The notes below the pieces were generated by a model. That model saw only the letters and a list, made by a program, of their open reading frames with translations, was not told where the DNA came from and searched no databases. A program made the translations under genes and the position numbers. A stretch of 63,283 nt of DNA, counting the filler, from Octopus bimaculoides (Eukaryota): the NCBI RefSeq assembly GCF_001194135.2. It is 7 parts of 6 records of this genome, joined end to end, with 100 filler letters (N's around TTAATTAATTAA, not from the genome) between each part and the next. Parts side by side here need not be neighbours in the genome. Positions count along the whole stretch, not along the records: positions 23,558 to 31,045 come from NC_068985.1; positions 31,146 to 44,223 come from NC_068995.1; 5 more parts are not named here. One strand, 5' to 3'. Each line of letters begins with the position of its first letter. Within the stretch, counting starts at the first letter, position 1. Below, one piece after another: positions 28,003-41,904 of this stretch.

Positions 28003-29052
28003 TACATACATACATATATAAATATATATATTGTGAGAAAGAGAAACGGAGAGAGAGAAAGAGCTATGTATAGTAGGAAATGTAACCTACATATATGTAT
28101 GTATGTACGTCTATGTGCTCATACAACTTTCTCAAGCATATGCATTCATGCATATAAATGTCTAACTGTGAATATTAGTATAATTGTGTGTGTGCGCGCG
28201 TGCACCAGCTGATAAAACTAGATTGAATGTCACATGCAACTTGCAAGACTACCTACTTCGATGAAATGGACACGAAGACTTCCGATTGGTTATTTCTATC
28301 TTTCCATACTGATGAATGAATATATTTTGTTCCCAGAACTATTTTCTTTACTGTCCTGCCAAAAAAGTAATCCCAAATTATCTTCTTTATGTCTTCTGTT
28401 TCTATTTATCATCTCAAAAGAATTCTATACATTCCTGTTACAGTAACTAAAGTTTGGTGCAGAAATATATCTCAAAGGTATAGGGGTAATTGAATGGATG
28501 GCAGTCTTCATGATTTTTTTGAGGACACTTCAAAAGAGCAATATATTTTACGCTTAAATGATTGAAGAATGTCACAACCTTTATGGGTAAAGAGTAGGAA
28601 CTAGTGGAGGAAGCCAAACATCACTAGTTAGATTTCGTTGGTGTCTCCTCTACTAGGTTCCAAGGCTCTGGTACCATAGATTTGGATAGAGAGGGAATTC
28701 CACTATTTGGGTGTGGTGCCAACTACAAGATTGAGTCAAAAGTTTTTTTTTGTATTTCAAGCTTTAATTAATAGTTCAAAGAAATTAGAATGTAATAAGT
28801 TGGAAGAAATGCCTCTATGTACTTTGTCTGTCATGCTAACAATTCGGCCAACTTGCTGCCTTGAGTAAACCGTAACATTAGCACAAACCTATCATCATAG
28901 ATTACTTCCAGAAATATTCTCCTCCACCTGGCCTTTTAAACGTATTTTGACTTTATCCAATAAAAGAGATATTTCTTTTCTGCTGGAATCGAAAGAAATC
29001 ATTGCAAAGGAGAAATGTCAATTGTTTTGACAACATTGTCGAACTTGCAACA

Positions 29053-29180
29053 GCGGCTGCTGCTGCCTCCGCCACCGCCGCTGCTGTCGCCGCTGCTGCT
29101 GCCGCTGCTGCTGCCGCTGCTGCTGCCGCTGCTGCCGCCGTCGCCGCCGCCGCCTCCACTGTCAGCACTTCCACCACCAT
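29053..29180. repeat. GC-rich (GCT/GCC)n tract with 12-bp periodicity
   Basis: gctgctgctgcc repeated; reads poly-Ala on plus and Gly/Ser on minus. Confidence 0.9.
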
Positions 29181-30707
29181 CACCAGATCTTGACTCATAT
29201 TCTAAAAGCAAAAATATGAAAATAATAAGTTGAAAAATAACAATGAATTGAAATGTTTGCCAAACTGTAAATTGTTTAGGTTCTGAGACAGAAGACAGAA
29301 TTAACTTCACAGATTTTCTATTTATGCTTTCCTCCTTTACAAAGTATATTTTAGTTGTTTGTGAAAGTCAAGTAGAGTACACTAAATACTGTGTGTTCTT
29401 CAAAAACTTACACACATTAGACATAGATTTCACCAGACAACAAACAAGCATTTATGTAGCGCTTTTTCCATGCTGGTATGGGTCGAATGTTGAATGGGTC
29501 CCATAACCCTCTGGCACTTTGTTGCAGACATAAAGCCTTATAACAGGAAGAACTTATTAAATGATATTGTTCAAGATATATAAAAATATAGGATGGTCAC
29601 TACTGAATGTCTTTGGTTAAAGGTCTACTTAACCCTTTTGTTACCATATTTCTGTTGACATATTTCTGTTACCATATTTCTGTCGTTGTCTCAACTGACT
29701 TTTGAAATAATGAAGAATTTAGTAAAATAACTGTCATTATTAAACTGGTGTGTGGAACATTAATTAACAAAAAAATTTGATGGAAAATTGTGATTTAAAT
29801 CACTTTAAAACAGTAAGTTTGTCAAAGAAACAGGGGTAGTCTCTGGTAAATTGGTGTCAAAAGGATTAATCATAGCAGATCCTGTGCTAAACAACAATGA
29901 CCTGTACTTGGTACTCAAATGCTTTTAGTGAACTTCACTCCATTGCAAGTATTTGGATCAGGTTCCCTTCAACTGTGATTTTACAAGCAGCCCTTCTCCA
30001 GTGTATTCAGTCAGATCTATCAATCTTTTGACCTCATTGGTAAACATATTTACCTGTTTCCCAGTGCATTTTATTTTCCCAGCCTAATGCTGCTTTTGTT
30101 GAAGTTTTCTTTAGCATAGCTTCTATTTTCTTTCAATATCTAACTGGGCTTCTTTGCTCATCTCCAAGTCTCTAGGGTACTGCTCAGAAGAAAGAAGAAG
30201 CAAGCGAAATAAATGTGCATCTTTCTACAGCTGCAGAGAAATAATGCTTCCCTTTTCACTCATAGAATGCTACATGTGAATTAACTCCTTCTGGTGAAAA
30301 AGCAACCTTGACTGACTTCCTCCTAATGTTACTCCTGCCCAGCAACTCAGCTTAGCACCTCCTATTGCTTGCTATCTCAGCTCACAACATTATATTTTCA
30401 CATACTAATATGATGTAACATTGTAAATAATGTGAGATTTAATTGAATATGTAAATCCTTTATATTGTAGTTGAGCACTTTTTTTATGAAATGTTGCATG
30501 TGTATGTATTCTTCTTAATTCCTCTAACTCTATGTGGATCATAGAACAACAATAAGAGATTTCCATTCATATATTCTCTTGTTGGTGTTTCAGTAGCAAT
30601 GTAGAAAATTGACAGCACAGGGTTATTAACTGTATATCTACCATCCTTTTCCTTTCTCGACTGAGCCAGGGACTGGCTATGGCAGAGTTGTGTGTTTATC
30701 TATATCA

Positions 30708-31045
30708 TCATCATCATCATCATCGTTTAACGTCCGCTTTCCATGCTGGCATGGGTTGGACGATTTGACTGAGGACTGGTGAAACCGGATGGCAACACCA
30801 GGCTCCAATCTAAATTTGGCAGAGTTTCTACAGTTGGATGCCCTTCCTAACGCCAACCACTCAGAGAGTGTAGTAGGTGCTTTTACGTGTCACTTGCACG
30901 AAGGCCAGTCAGGCGATACTGGCAACGGCCACGCTCGAAATGGTGTCTTTTATGTGCCACCCACACAAGCCAGTCCAGGGGCACAGGCAACGATCTCGCT
31001 CGAAAATCCTACGAAGGCCAGTCAGGCGGTACTGGCAACGGCCAC
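30708..31045 (-). mobile_element. Retroposon 3' end with (TGA)n tail (RTE-type tail or derived SINE) containing an internal ~33-bp duplication; decayed relatives at about 25075-25300 and 29450-29500
   Basis: catcatcatcatcgtttaacgtccgctttccatgctggcatgggttgg; gaaggccagtcaggcg.tactggcaacggccac occurs twice (about 30901 and 31015). Confidence 0.65.
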
Positions 31046-31281
31046 NNNNNNNNNNNNNNNNNNNNNNNNNNNNNNNNNNNNNNNNNNNNTTAATTAATTA
31101 ANNNNNNNNNNNNNNNNNNNNNNNNNNNNNNNNNNNNNNNNNNNNATATATATATATATATACATACATATATATATATTTATATATATGTATATATACA
31201 TATGCATATACATATTTGCTTATACATATATGCATACATATATATACATATACATACATATACATATATATATATATTTAT

Positions 31282-31313
<32 letters not shown>

Positions 31314-31322
31314 GTATATATA

Positions 31323-32235
31323 CAGGGTGTCCCAAAAAGATATACTCATTGTTTGACAGACGATTACTAATGTATTGTTTTTTTTTTTTATTTCAGACGC
31401 AACCAACCCTTCACAATGGCAAATGAAGAACTAACGTTTGAGGGAAAAAAATAATATGAAAGTGATACTGGAAGCACGGAAACGTCACGGAAGTGCAAAG
31501 ACAATTTAACAGACATTTTCAGAAAATACCACACAGTATTGCTCGTATTAGAGATAAATTTGAAGCATATGGAACTTTAGTAAGCAACGCTCTGGAAGAC
31601 CACGAACATCCATCAGCCCCAGTAGACACAACCAATTAACGGAAGCCCTTTCCCGATCCCCAAAGAAATCCATAATAACATTGAGTCGCGAGATAGGAAT
31701 CCCAAATTCGAGTGTTCATCGGTTGTTGAAACGAGCTCATTAGAAATGTTACGTTCTAACATTATTTCAAGCCCTTAATGATGATGATGTTGTTCGGAAA
31801 GTTCAATTTTGTGAATAGTATCTGAACAAATTAGCAGGAGATGCTACATTTCCAGAGAAAATCTTATGGCGTGAATAGGCCACCTTCAAGCTAAATGGTT
31901 TAGTCAACCGACATATATTGCACATACTGGGCCCGTGAAAATCCACACTTTACTATGGAACACCATCCGAACTTACCAGGCGTTACAGTGTTGTGTGGAA
32001 TGTCAACATTGGGTATCGTTGCACCATTTCGTTTTTGACCAAACTGTCAGTGGCCCAGTTTATTTAAACTTATTGATGGAAAATGTCGATCCACAAGTTG
32101 AAGAGATATTTGGGGACGAGGAGATTTACTTCCAACAAGATGGAACTCCTCCTCACTACCATCGTGATGTTAGGGGTTACATCGATGCAACAAATACAAA
32201 CAAATGGATTGGTAGGAGAGGTAGCCTTGAATTTG
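31323..32235 (+). mobile_element. Tc1/mariner-superfamily transposon, 5' TIR plus decayed, 3'-truncated transposase
   Basis: Starts TA|CAGGGTGTCCCAAAAA. Broken frames give MANEELTF...[31 protein letters not shown], and [31 protein letters not shown], which stops before the WPPRSPDL motif. Confidence 0.9.
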
Positions 32236-33082
32236 CTTCATTTAGTCCGAACCCCAATCCAGTTGCTTATCTCAAGGACATTTATGCACATATTCTCACT
32301 ATCACACGCACATATATTGATACGTGTATATGTGTATCTGTGCGTGTTTTATTTTATGTGCAGATGCTTGTTTGTGTATACATACATATACAGAAATATT
32401 GCGAGCACAAAATGAGGTTGTGATTTGCCTTAGTAATTGCGTCCATCTGACACGCAAAGTTTCAACTGTTGCCCAATAACCATTCTGGCATGCTTCAGAT
32501 GGATTGCAGGTTCTCATTTATTTGGGATTTACTACCCTTTGTTGTGGCGAGAGTACGACACCATCGGGTGAGAATAGATAGGCCTACTACATATAAATTG
32601 TTGCGGTCTGACGTAGTCGGCAGTTCGTAGTTTGGTCTTCGAAGTCCAGGTACAGTTTACAGTTCGAGCTAGTATGTTGGAAATATTGATCGTTGGTTCG
32701 CAAAAGATTGTTGGTCCGTTACATGTTTTTACTACCGCGGTTTCTATTTTCTATTTTCTATTAAGAATACACTCTTACAGTGTATTCTTTATCTATCGTC
32801 CACAATATCAACCGTACTAGGATATTGGAGGCGTACGGATATAATACTCTTCTAGACAAGATAAGTCTATGTACCGAATGCAGAAATAATTTGTATATTT
32901 AAGATAACAAGATGAGTTTGAAGGAAAACTGTGCTATTTCTAGCTGGTAGGGAAAATATATGTGGCTGCTATACTTATTCTGTCCGAATTCATCTTTGAT
33001 GTAACTCTACTATTATGAAAGGAAGGGATGCATCCTTCACGTTATTCTTTTTTTGATTACCATAAATTACTGAGATCCATTT

Positions 33083-33117
<35 letters not shown>

Positions 33118-34150
33118 TTCATTCATTCATTCATTCATCTATCCATATATTATTTGTCCTTCCTCCTTTCTTAATACTGTAACTTATAATGTTAGAGAAG
33201 TGCGTCTTCTACATTTAGTAGTTATTCAGTTTCAGAGATAAACGGCTGATTAAGTATTATTTTGTTGACTGAATTTCAATTGGTATAATTTCGATAATAA
33301 TCTGAATATTTTGTTACACAAACTGAAATTTGGTGATGAAAAACAGCAATAGAAAAGCAAGGGTGAACACACTGCATTTGCTGCAAGAGGCTTTTCTATA
33401 TTAATGAATATATATATTACATAATCAGTGAAACACACTGTGAGGTAGCTTAATATGTGTATTATATTTATATCATTCATAAAAAAACTACGTTCGAAGC
33501 ATTTGTCACTGCTACAGTGTTACTGTTATTTGTATTTCAATTCTACCACTGTATGCTACGTCGTTAGAGTTAGGTAAAGAGAGTTGTTTTTAAAACGAGA
33601 TGCAACGCAAGTGAGACTACAAAATGTAGGCACCCTTCATTTAGTCCGAAACCCAATCGAGTTGTTTATCTCAATGTGTTAAAGGATGGATACCGTTCAT
33701 ATGATCCGATGAAGGAAATTAGACAAGCATTATACAATCTAAACAGCTGTGTAATAATTGTGTCGCTTTAAAATTTCCTGAAAAAGTAATTATCAGAATC
33801 TGTAAAAACGAGCAAGACAACTTACAGCAGTAATAATGATGAGAACATATATTATTGTGTATGATAACACAAGAGAAACATTATGATAATTAATTCATGA
33901 CCAACAAAAGCTTTTGTTCTGTGCCTACAAAACATCTGCCCAACATGCAGAGAACAAAATCTCTGCTCTACAGTGCATGAATGATTTATCTAGTCTAGTG
34001 AATTGTATAAACTTTTATGATGTACATCCGGAGAAAAATCACAATACGAAATATGCAAACTGATACACACACACACAGACGCGCGCGTAGCAATAATGGC
34101 ATATGAATACATAAAGATATATGTATGTGCATGTAGAAATACATACACAC

Positions 34151-34190
<40 letters not shown>

Positions 34191-36485
34191 NNNNNNNNNN
34201 NNNNNNNNNNNNNNNNNNNNNNNNNNNNNNNNNNATATATATACATATGTACACGCATATAGATGTACATATATATGACTATACACATGTGTATGTACAT
34301 ATATATGACTATACACATGTGTATGTACATATAAACATGTATATATATATATATATATGTATTTATGTAAGTATGCACATGTGTGTGCGTGTGTGTGTGG
34401 GGGGGGGTGAAGAGACGGAAAGACCAAAAGTTATGTATCGGTAGTAATTACAAAACTTATGTTCTCTCATGTTATAGCCAGACTTGGGTAAACCAGCCAG
34501 TCGGAACGGCTGATGAATGAATAAGTGATATGCGTATCTAACTAATTATTCTTTGAAGAGTATTCTGACATCTCGTGAATAATCAACCAATGGAAAATAC
34601 ATCTGCAACATGAGAATTATCGATGATAAAAATAAATTGTGCTTACAAGAACAAGAATTGTAGCTTAGTTGTAGGTATCTTGTACCGAGGGATGGTGACA
34701 AAATACAAACTACGTATCATAAAAATATAAAAGGTCACAAGTAAGAATAATTTTGCTTACATAGCAAAAATTTTTAACTTGTCGCTGATGAATGGAATAA
34801 TTTGCTTTAAAGCATAAATAGTATGGTATTTTTGTCTATCATTCACTTTGAGGGGCACCTTTCACGTGAAAGACACAAAAACATCAGAAATATCAAATTA
34901 TTGGTGATCGTTATAGTTAAATACAGAACTAAGTTATAATAATCTTTCATTTGTAGCATCTTCGAGAGATATGAAATAAATCGTTTTAACAGTGAAATTT
35001 GAAGTTGGTAAAACTGTAAACTTTATCGTGTACCATATTGTTTTACAGTCCATCTCGGGTGGAAAAACGTCTTATGAGCAGCCCCTCGAATGAGTTTCCA
35101 GTGTTGGGAAAACATCAAAGAGATCCTAATAGTGTTTATGGTAATATAGAAATATCGTGAAACCTGTTTTACTTGTACATATTGTCAAAGCTTGACTTCA
35201 AGTACCCTGAAGAGACAACAAAGTAGTTGATTATACGATATATGTAAGGTGCTGACTATTTCTTGGTCTGGTGGAACATATACATCTGATAGAGGAATAT
35301 AGAGTGGCGACAAAAAATATCGAGAAACCACTGCAATTATGAAACTTATTTCATCGACCTGGGCTAAATGGAAGATAATGTTGACATCGACAGATTTTTG
35401 AACGCAGGATACGAAATTGCGTAACGATTGAAAGTAAGCAATCTCTCGACAATTTACTTTAGACTATAATGACACATTTGGTTAAGAAGAGGAAGTAGGT
35501 TCTAAAACATCTACTTGTTCACTTTTTTTCTGAAGGGAAGATGACATAAAATTGTATACATAATGGCAAATAATACGCTTGTAATGCCCTGGTCTTCCAA
35601 TATTCGCGCTAAATATAAGCATTATATAACTGATTTGAGACACCAACGCGTGAGTATCTATAATATTTTTATATATTAACTAGAGCTGCTCGAAATAGGA
35701 TAAATTGAAATAAAATGCCTGAACATTTGTATGTACCAGGATTCTGTACACCTGATTGACTAAACTTTGTGATCTGCAGCAAATTTAAGATTTGCAGTTT
35801 AAATTTAAGAACAGAAGTTCATAGTTGTCTATGAACGGTGGATACACTTTCGGTAGTTGATGAAGAGTAACGAATCAGAAATACGTGATCCACGGTGTGA
35901 TTACGTCATGTGTAGTTCAGTGTCGGGTTTTCACAATTGTCCTCTACTGAAAATTCTCTTACGAAACACTTTCCGCATGAAAAGCCTTTTCTCGTTTGAG
36001 TGTACACCAATATGTTAAATAAACGTTTACACAGCTATATTTCATTCCATGGTGCTTCATGCACCGTAAGCAAACTAAAGACAGTAGTCTATAAACAACA
36101 GACTCAGTGTCTGTTACATATGAAGCGTAATGGCAGAGCAACACGGTCTCATGACATATTAACAACCCAGTGGACTAGTTTGACCTTTATTTTCAGTCGA
36201 GGAAATTTATCTCCTGGATCAATTTGGGCAGTGAAAGTGATTCTGCGAAAGTGATTCTGCGAATGAGTGTACACTAAGTGTTAAATATTAGTGCACACGC
36301 GTACACATATATAATACATATGTGTGTGTGTTTGTGCATTAATTAATTTATTTATATCCATTGAATCTCTCCATATTCAAGCTTATTAATTATATATATA
36401 TATATGGGAGGATTTACGAAAAAAACAACAGGCGAAGACAGGTGGTGTAAACAACAAATGGATGTATTAGTAGAAGGTCGGAAAT

Positions 36486-36561
<76 letters not shown>

Positions 36562-36724
36562 ATTATGTAACTTGTTTCAGTCATTTCACTGCGGTCATAC
36601 TGGAGCACCGCCTAAATGGTTTTAGATGAACACATCGACTCTGGGATTCATTTCTTAAACTTAGTACTTATTCTATCAGTCCCTTTTTCCTAACCCCTAT
36701 ATTGCTGTAACTGTTAAATTCCTG

Positions 36725-37294
36725 TAAATAGTGATGGTGCGTTATGCCTCTATTCAACTTCACACACGGCTTCACACTCAACACGAAGGATTACATCAAG
36801 TGCCTGGAGGAGGTAGTGCTGCCCTGGGTTAACAGGGTGGCTGCTGGAAGACCTTATTTCTGACCACAAGACTCTGCACCATGCTACAGAAGCAGGAGAA
36901 CTCATTCATGGCTGTCACACTGATTCTGCAACCACACCACCCCTAACGTCTGGCCACCTCAATTCCCAGACTCCAACCCCCTTGATTATTATGTGTGGGG
37001 CGCAGTTGCACGAGAAACCATCACAACTCCATATAGCACCAAAGATGAACTGAAGGCAAGGTTTATAGGAGCATTTACCAACAGAAGCAATGAGATCACC
37101 TAGAAGAGTTGCAGGAGATACCGAAGTCGTCTGGAGACCGTGGTTCAAGCCAATGGCGATATTATTGAATAAATTTACTTTTTAATATTTCAAGATATTT
37201 TTATGTAATTCTGGTAAATATATCTGTAAAATGAGATGTCAGTGTTATTTTCATTTCTGCGTAATTTAGACGACAGTTTATTCCCCAGACCCTG
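36725..37294 (+). mobile_element. 3' half of a DD37D (maT-like) Tc1/mariner transposon with right TIR
   Basis: YIKCLEEVVLPWV...QDSAPCY...WPPQFPDSNPLDYYVWG...ELKAR...RLETVVQANGDIIE*; 37 codons between the second and third Asp. Ends ACCCTG|TA. Confidence 0.9.
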
Positions 37295-37452
37295 TATATA
37301 TTTGTACACATCTACACACATATACACACATAGACAAACACACACATATACAAACACACACACACACACACACATACAAGACGGGCTTCTTTCAGTTTCC
37401 GTCTACCAAATCCACACACAGCCAAATCTCATTGCACAGCCACACTTATCCC

Positions 37453-37492
<40 letters not shown>

Positions 37493-38769
37493 AGCGTGTG
37501 CGCACGTGTCTGTGTGTCTGTGCTTATGTGTGTGTATGTATGCGTATTTATATATATATATATATATAATCAATGTTAATTCTCTAAATGAAGTATTAAC
37601 AGTAACTGCACGATAAAGTGTAGTATATTGCCACTTAAGTGTGGCTGACCCCTAGGGGTCCTGTTGTCATATATATATATATATACACTCACACACACAT
37701 AAAGACATTCGCACCCTCACACATATGAACTGGCGCAGGATCGGCTGAAAAGCTAAGGTGTACTCTTCCCAGCAGTGTGGTTTAAGATTCAAAACCACTA
37801 ACTTGGTGTATTAGGTAATCATATCTACCGTAGTCTTGGCTGGACGCAAAAGTTTCATTGCGTAGCCGAAAACTGTAGAATCCCATCGGTTAATGACTTT
37901 GTAGATTAGGAGATCCAATTCAGTGCAGTACAAGCCTTAAAGGTGTCACGTTACTGAAATCTTGATAATGGGGGATGATGACCATCATCATCGTCATCGT
38001 TGTTGTTGGTATAATTGTTTTCATTGTGATCAAGGTTATTTTCAACGTCCCAAACATCAGCTGCAGAAAGAAGCAGAGCAACAGCAACAGCAGTTGTGAT
38101 GTTATCCCTAGTGAATTGTAAGACATGTTACTCTGTTTGGTATATCAACATGCAAATCTAATACCTACTTACCTCCCGATTTCGCAAACCTCTTACACAA
38201 TCAACCATTTGATGGAACATTCCAACACCCCGATCCTACTGCAAATTGTCGTCATCATTACCCATATATCTATAATCCTGCTCTAACATCACTCCACCAC
38301 CAGCGCTTTGGTGGCACTTGCTTGTCTTAAGCATGTCACTCTTTTGCGTTTACCATAATTCTTTCAACTCCGTTTTTTTTTTCTGTCATTAATTTTTTTT
38401 TCATCAATAAGAATAGACTGATCGATCCAGACAGAAATAATGTAACAAAATCAACGCAGATGGAGAGACGAAGAACAAACGAACAATGAAAATCAGATAC
38501 AGTAACAAAAATAAAATATAATAAAATAAACAATAAATATTAATAAATGATTTAATAAATAAAGGAAAATATATATCTGATAAAATGAAGGAAATGGAAT
38601 ATAAGTAGGCGAGGGTGGGGAGTATTAGATTAAAATCAAAAGCAAAAAATATAAAACTGGAATATTTTATTGAATGCTGAAAAATAAATAAGTATATAGG
38701 ATATAGTGGAGTGTTGAACATGAAACTGAGAGATCAGTGATTGTATACAGTGAGAGAAGCAGGAGGGAA

Positions 38770-38810
<41 letters not shown>

Positions 38811-39234
38811 ATGTGAGATAGGAAGGAAAATACGAAAAGACTGGATATATCGGGGATTTGAATGAAATAAAACCGGTAGAATTTGTTAGGAGATAATTAG
38901 ACAGAGAGAAAGTGAAAGTCAGTGAGAAACCAGGTTGATAGGGAAAGATTGACTGAGATAAAGTTAGGAAAACGAGAGAGATAGATGAAAGAATCATCTA
39001 TAAATTTTTTGATCGTATAAGTAATGGCAATGCTCTCGATTATATCGGTGTTGGGTAGATTGAAATATATCGATAAAGCTGGTTTTAGATTGAGCAGGCT
39101 ATACAAATTTTTCCAATGCACTTTGTTTCAGGATATTTGCTGCGCTAAAGTGATAGGGGTACACCCAGCCACACTCACACAGACGTGTACTAACCTTATT
39201 GTGTGTGTGTGCGTGCGTGTGATTGTGTGAGGTA

Positions 39235-39266
<32 letters not shown>

Positions 39267-41904
39267 CCGACACACGCACACATATGTAGTCATGTATGTA
39301 TGTTTGTATGCATATATGTATGTATCAATGCATGTCTATATGTATTCGTGGGTGATGCTCTTCCTTGTTTCTAGTGAGTATACGTGTTTACTATAAATCA
39401 GAACCAGCCGAAACCGCATCACTGCATGGTATTAATCTACAGTTAGGAAATTTTAATTAAGATACCTATACACATTCGTATAACATCATATAGATCAGCA
39501 CTGTTGAGCTGAACCATTGCTTACATCACAGGAACAAATATTCTCACTGAAGGGAATCACTTTCAGAATCCCTTGTCAACATTGATGCAGTAAAAAAATA
39601 TATATATATTAAGTATAAGCCAAAGAATAGTTAAATATAAATGAGAGGAAAGCTTAAATGCATCTTGAAGTGATAGATCTCTCTTTATACAATAATAGTA
39701 TTTACAGAATATATTATCATCAAAGACCTAAATGCGACTGGCGGATAAGATTGGTTCTTATTTCAACCCGTTTTGGTCTAATACTTGTTTCACCTACAGA
39801 TATACATTGTATAGGCCTTTGGCATAGTAGCGTTCTATAAAGTTGAAAAAATGTCCGATTTTCCAATAGATTGAAAGTATACATATTACTAAATTGAAAG
39901 AATTGTGCACATTTTCCGTGGTCTGATATTAGATTGGAATGCATAACTTCTTAGAGCAAGTTCAGAAGACGAAGATATCAACATCTTCGTTGAAATATAG
40001 CAAAACTGACAGCATTATCTGAGAATAAGACTATTTTTAGATTTTTATCATAAATATACCAGCTTAAGCGTATTCAAACCTATATCTCACATGTCATTTT
40101 CAAATGCCGTAGATATATCTGAATTATGTCTAGAATTGTTTCCATGCTTTCTTTTTCGTAGCGAATGATAAAATATAATCAATATAAATAATTAATAATT
40201 AAAATAAGAAGTTCTACTTCGTCTTAATATTAAGTAAATAGGTTGCACTTAAATGTGTAGTTTACATACCCATTTAAAGTTTATCGTACCGTCCAAACTT
40301 AACATAAAACCTAATCCTAAACGCTTACTATAGGTCCTATCCCTAACTCTATCACTAAACACCAAGCTTAGGCATAAACCTAGACCTAACAGTAAACCTT
40401 AACCCTAACAGTTAAAGTTTACTCTAACTCTAAACCCATCCCTTAACGTCTTTACAAATAAAACAATTATGCTACATTAGCGTGTGGTCAGTATCCATAT
40501 TCAACGATATGAAGTTACCTACTCAATGTTAGGTTTAGTTTGAACTTTAATTTGAGGTTAGAATTACGGTTACCGTTACAGTTTATGTTTATGGTTAGGT
40601 GTGAGTTGTCATTTAAAAGAGTGGAATTGCAAGATAAATGTAGGCGTAGGAGTGATAGTATTTTTAGCTTCTTGAAGCCGTAAATGTAGATGAACATAAC
40701 AAATAGAATTCTTAAAATATAGCAACTGAATTAGGAATCTAAATAAAATACATTGATTTTTCTTAGGCATGGTGATGTTCGCTTGGAAATCTAGAGTAAA
40801 ACAGAGCAAATTTAGAGAGATTAAAGGAAACATATTTCATTTAATTGGAAGTTCTGTTACTGTCATGCCACACACTCATGCATTTGTCTAACAAAGGTCA
40901 TATTTATTGGTTTATATTGAATCTAAAGAAGATAACTTACATGTTTCTGCGCTTAACGGAAGGTTTGTCGATCAGACTTAATAGAATGTTGACGAATTTA
41001 CTGCAGGCTAGAACGCTTGAAAATTTGGTTTCAAGAATTACGTTTAGCATTAGAAAATACCCTATCGACTCAGAAATGTTCGGTCCCTCTCTCAGCAAGA
41101 TATCCCAGTGACAAATTTCACTGTTTCCAGCACATAAACACCATTTACACTAACACCTATGTAAGAACAACAAAAGCAACCAAAATAAGACCAAAACAAG
41201 ACACCGAGAACAACACATGAAAAAGTCTTTGGTAACGTGCATATACTGTAGATACTTCATGAATTTTCTATTACGTTTCAGTAGAAATTATTGCCATCCT
41301 AAAGTTGATAATTTACTGGTAACATAGTCCATCTAAGTCGTGTATATAATGCGAGCTTTTTAATACGTTACCACTCCACTTGTTTTATTATTAAGCGTCT
41401 AATTTTTTTAAATTATGAGGACAATTTGCACCAAGACAGCTAATATATTAAAGTCTATTTCTTTATATATATTTTAAAATTTAAACAAGCTTTACAGTAT
41501 CAGGCTAAATTCATTAAATTATTTATTCATATATTTTATGCCTTTCTCATTGTGGGAGATAATGATAATGATGATGATGATAGTGTTGATGATGATGATG
41601 ACGACGATGACAACGACGATGACGATGATGATGATGATGACCATGCTGACTATGATGATGATGATCATGATCATGATCATGATTTGGATAATGATGATGT
41701 TGTTGAAGATTTATGTTGTTGCTGCATCGGAAAATATGGTATGTGATATTTTATACGGGTGTTTATGTGTCAGCGCACTCCATAAAGTAAAATAGTAGTT
41801 AAGTTCTTCTAATATTCCTTTACGCCACAAGCTTTCGAGATTTACCTTTGCAAAAAAAATATAAGCATTACACAGTTCTATATTTAAGAGATAAGGAATT
41901 ATGT

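Noticed and set aside
31323-37294. CAGGGT...ACCCTG ends suggesting one 6-kb composite transposon
   Set aside because: Beyond the first 6 bp the two TIRs differ (CAGGGTGTCCCAAAAA vs CAGGGTCTGGGGAATA) and the transposase pieces belong to different families.
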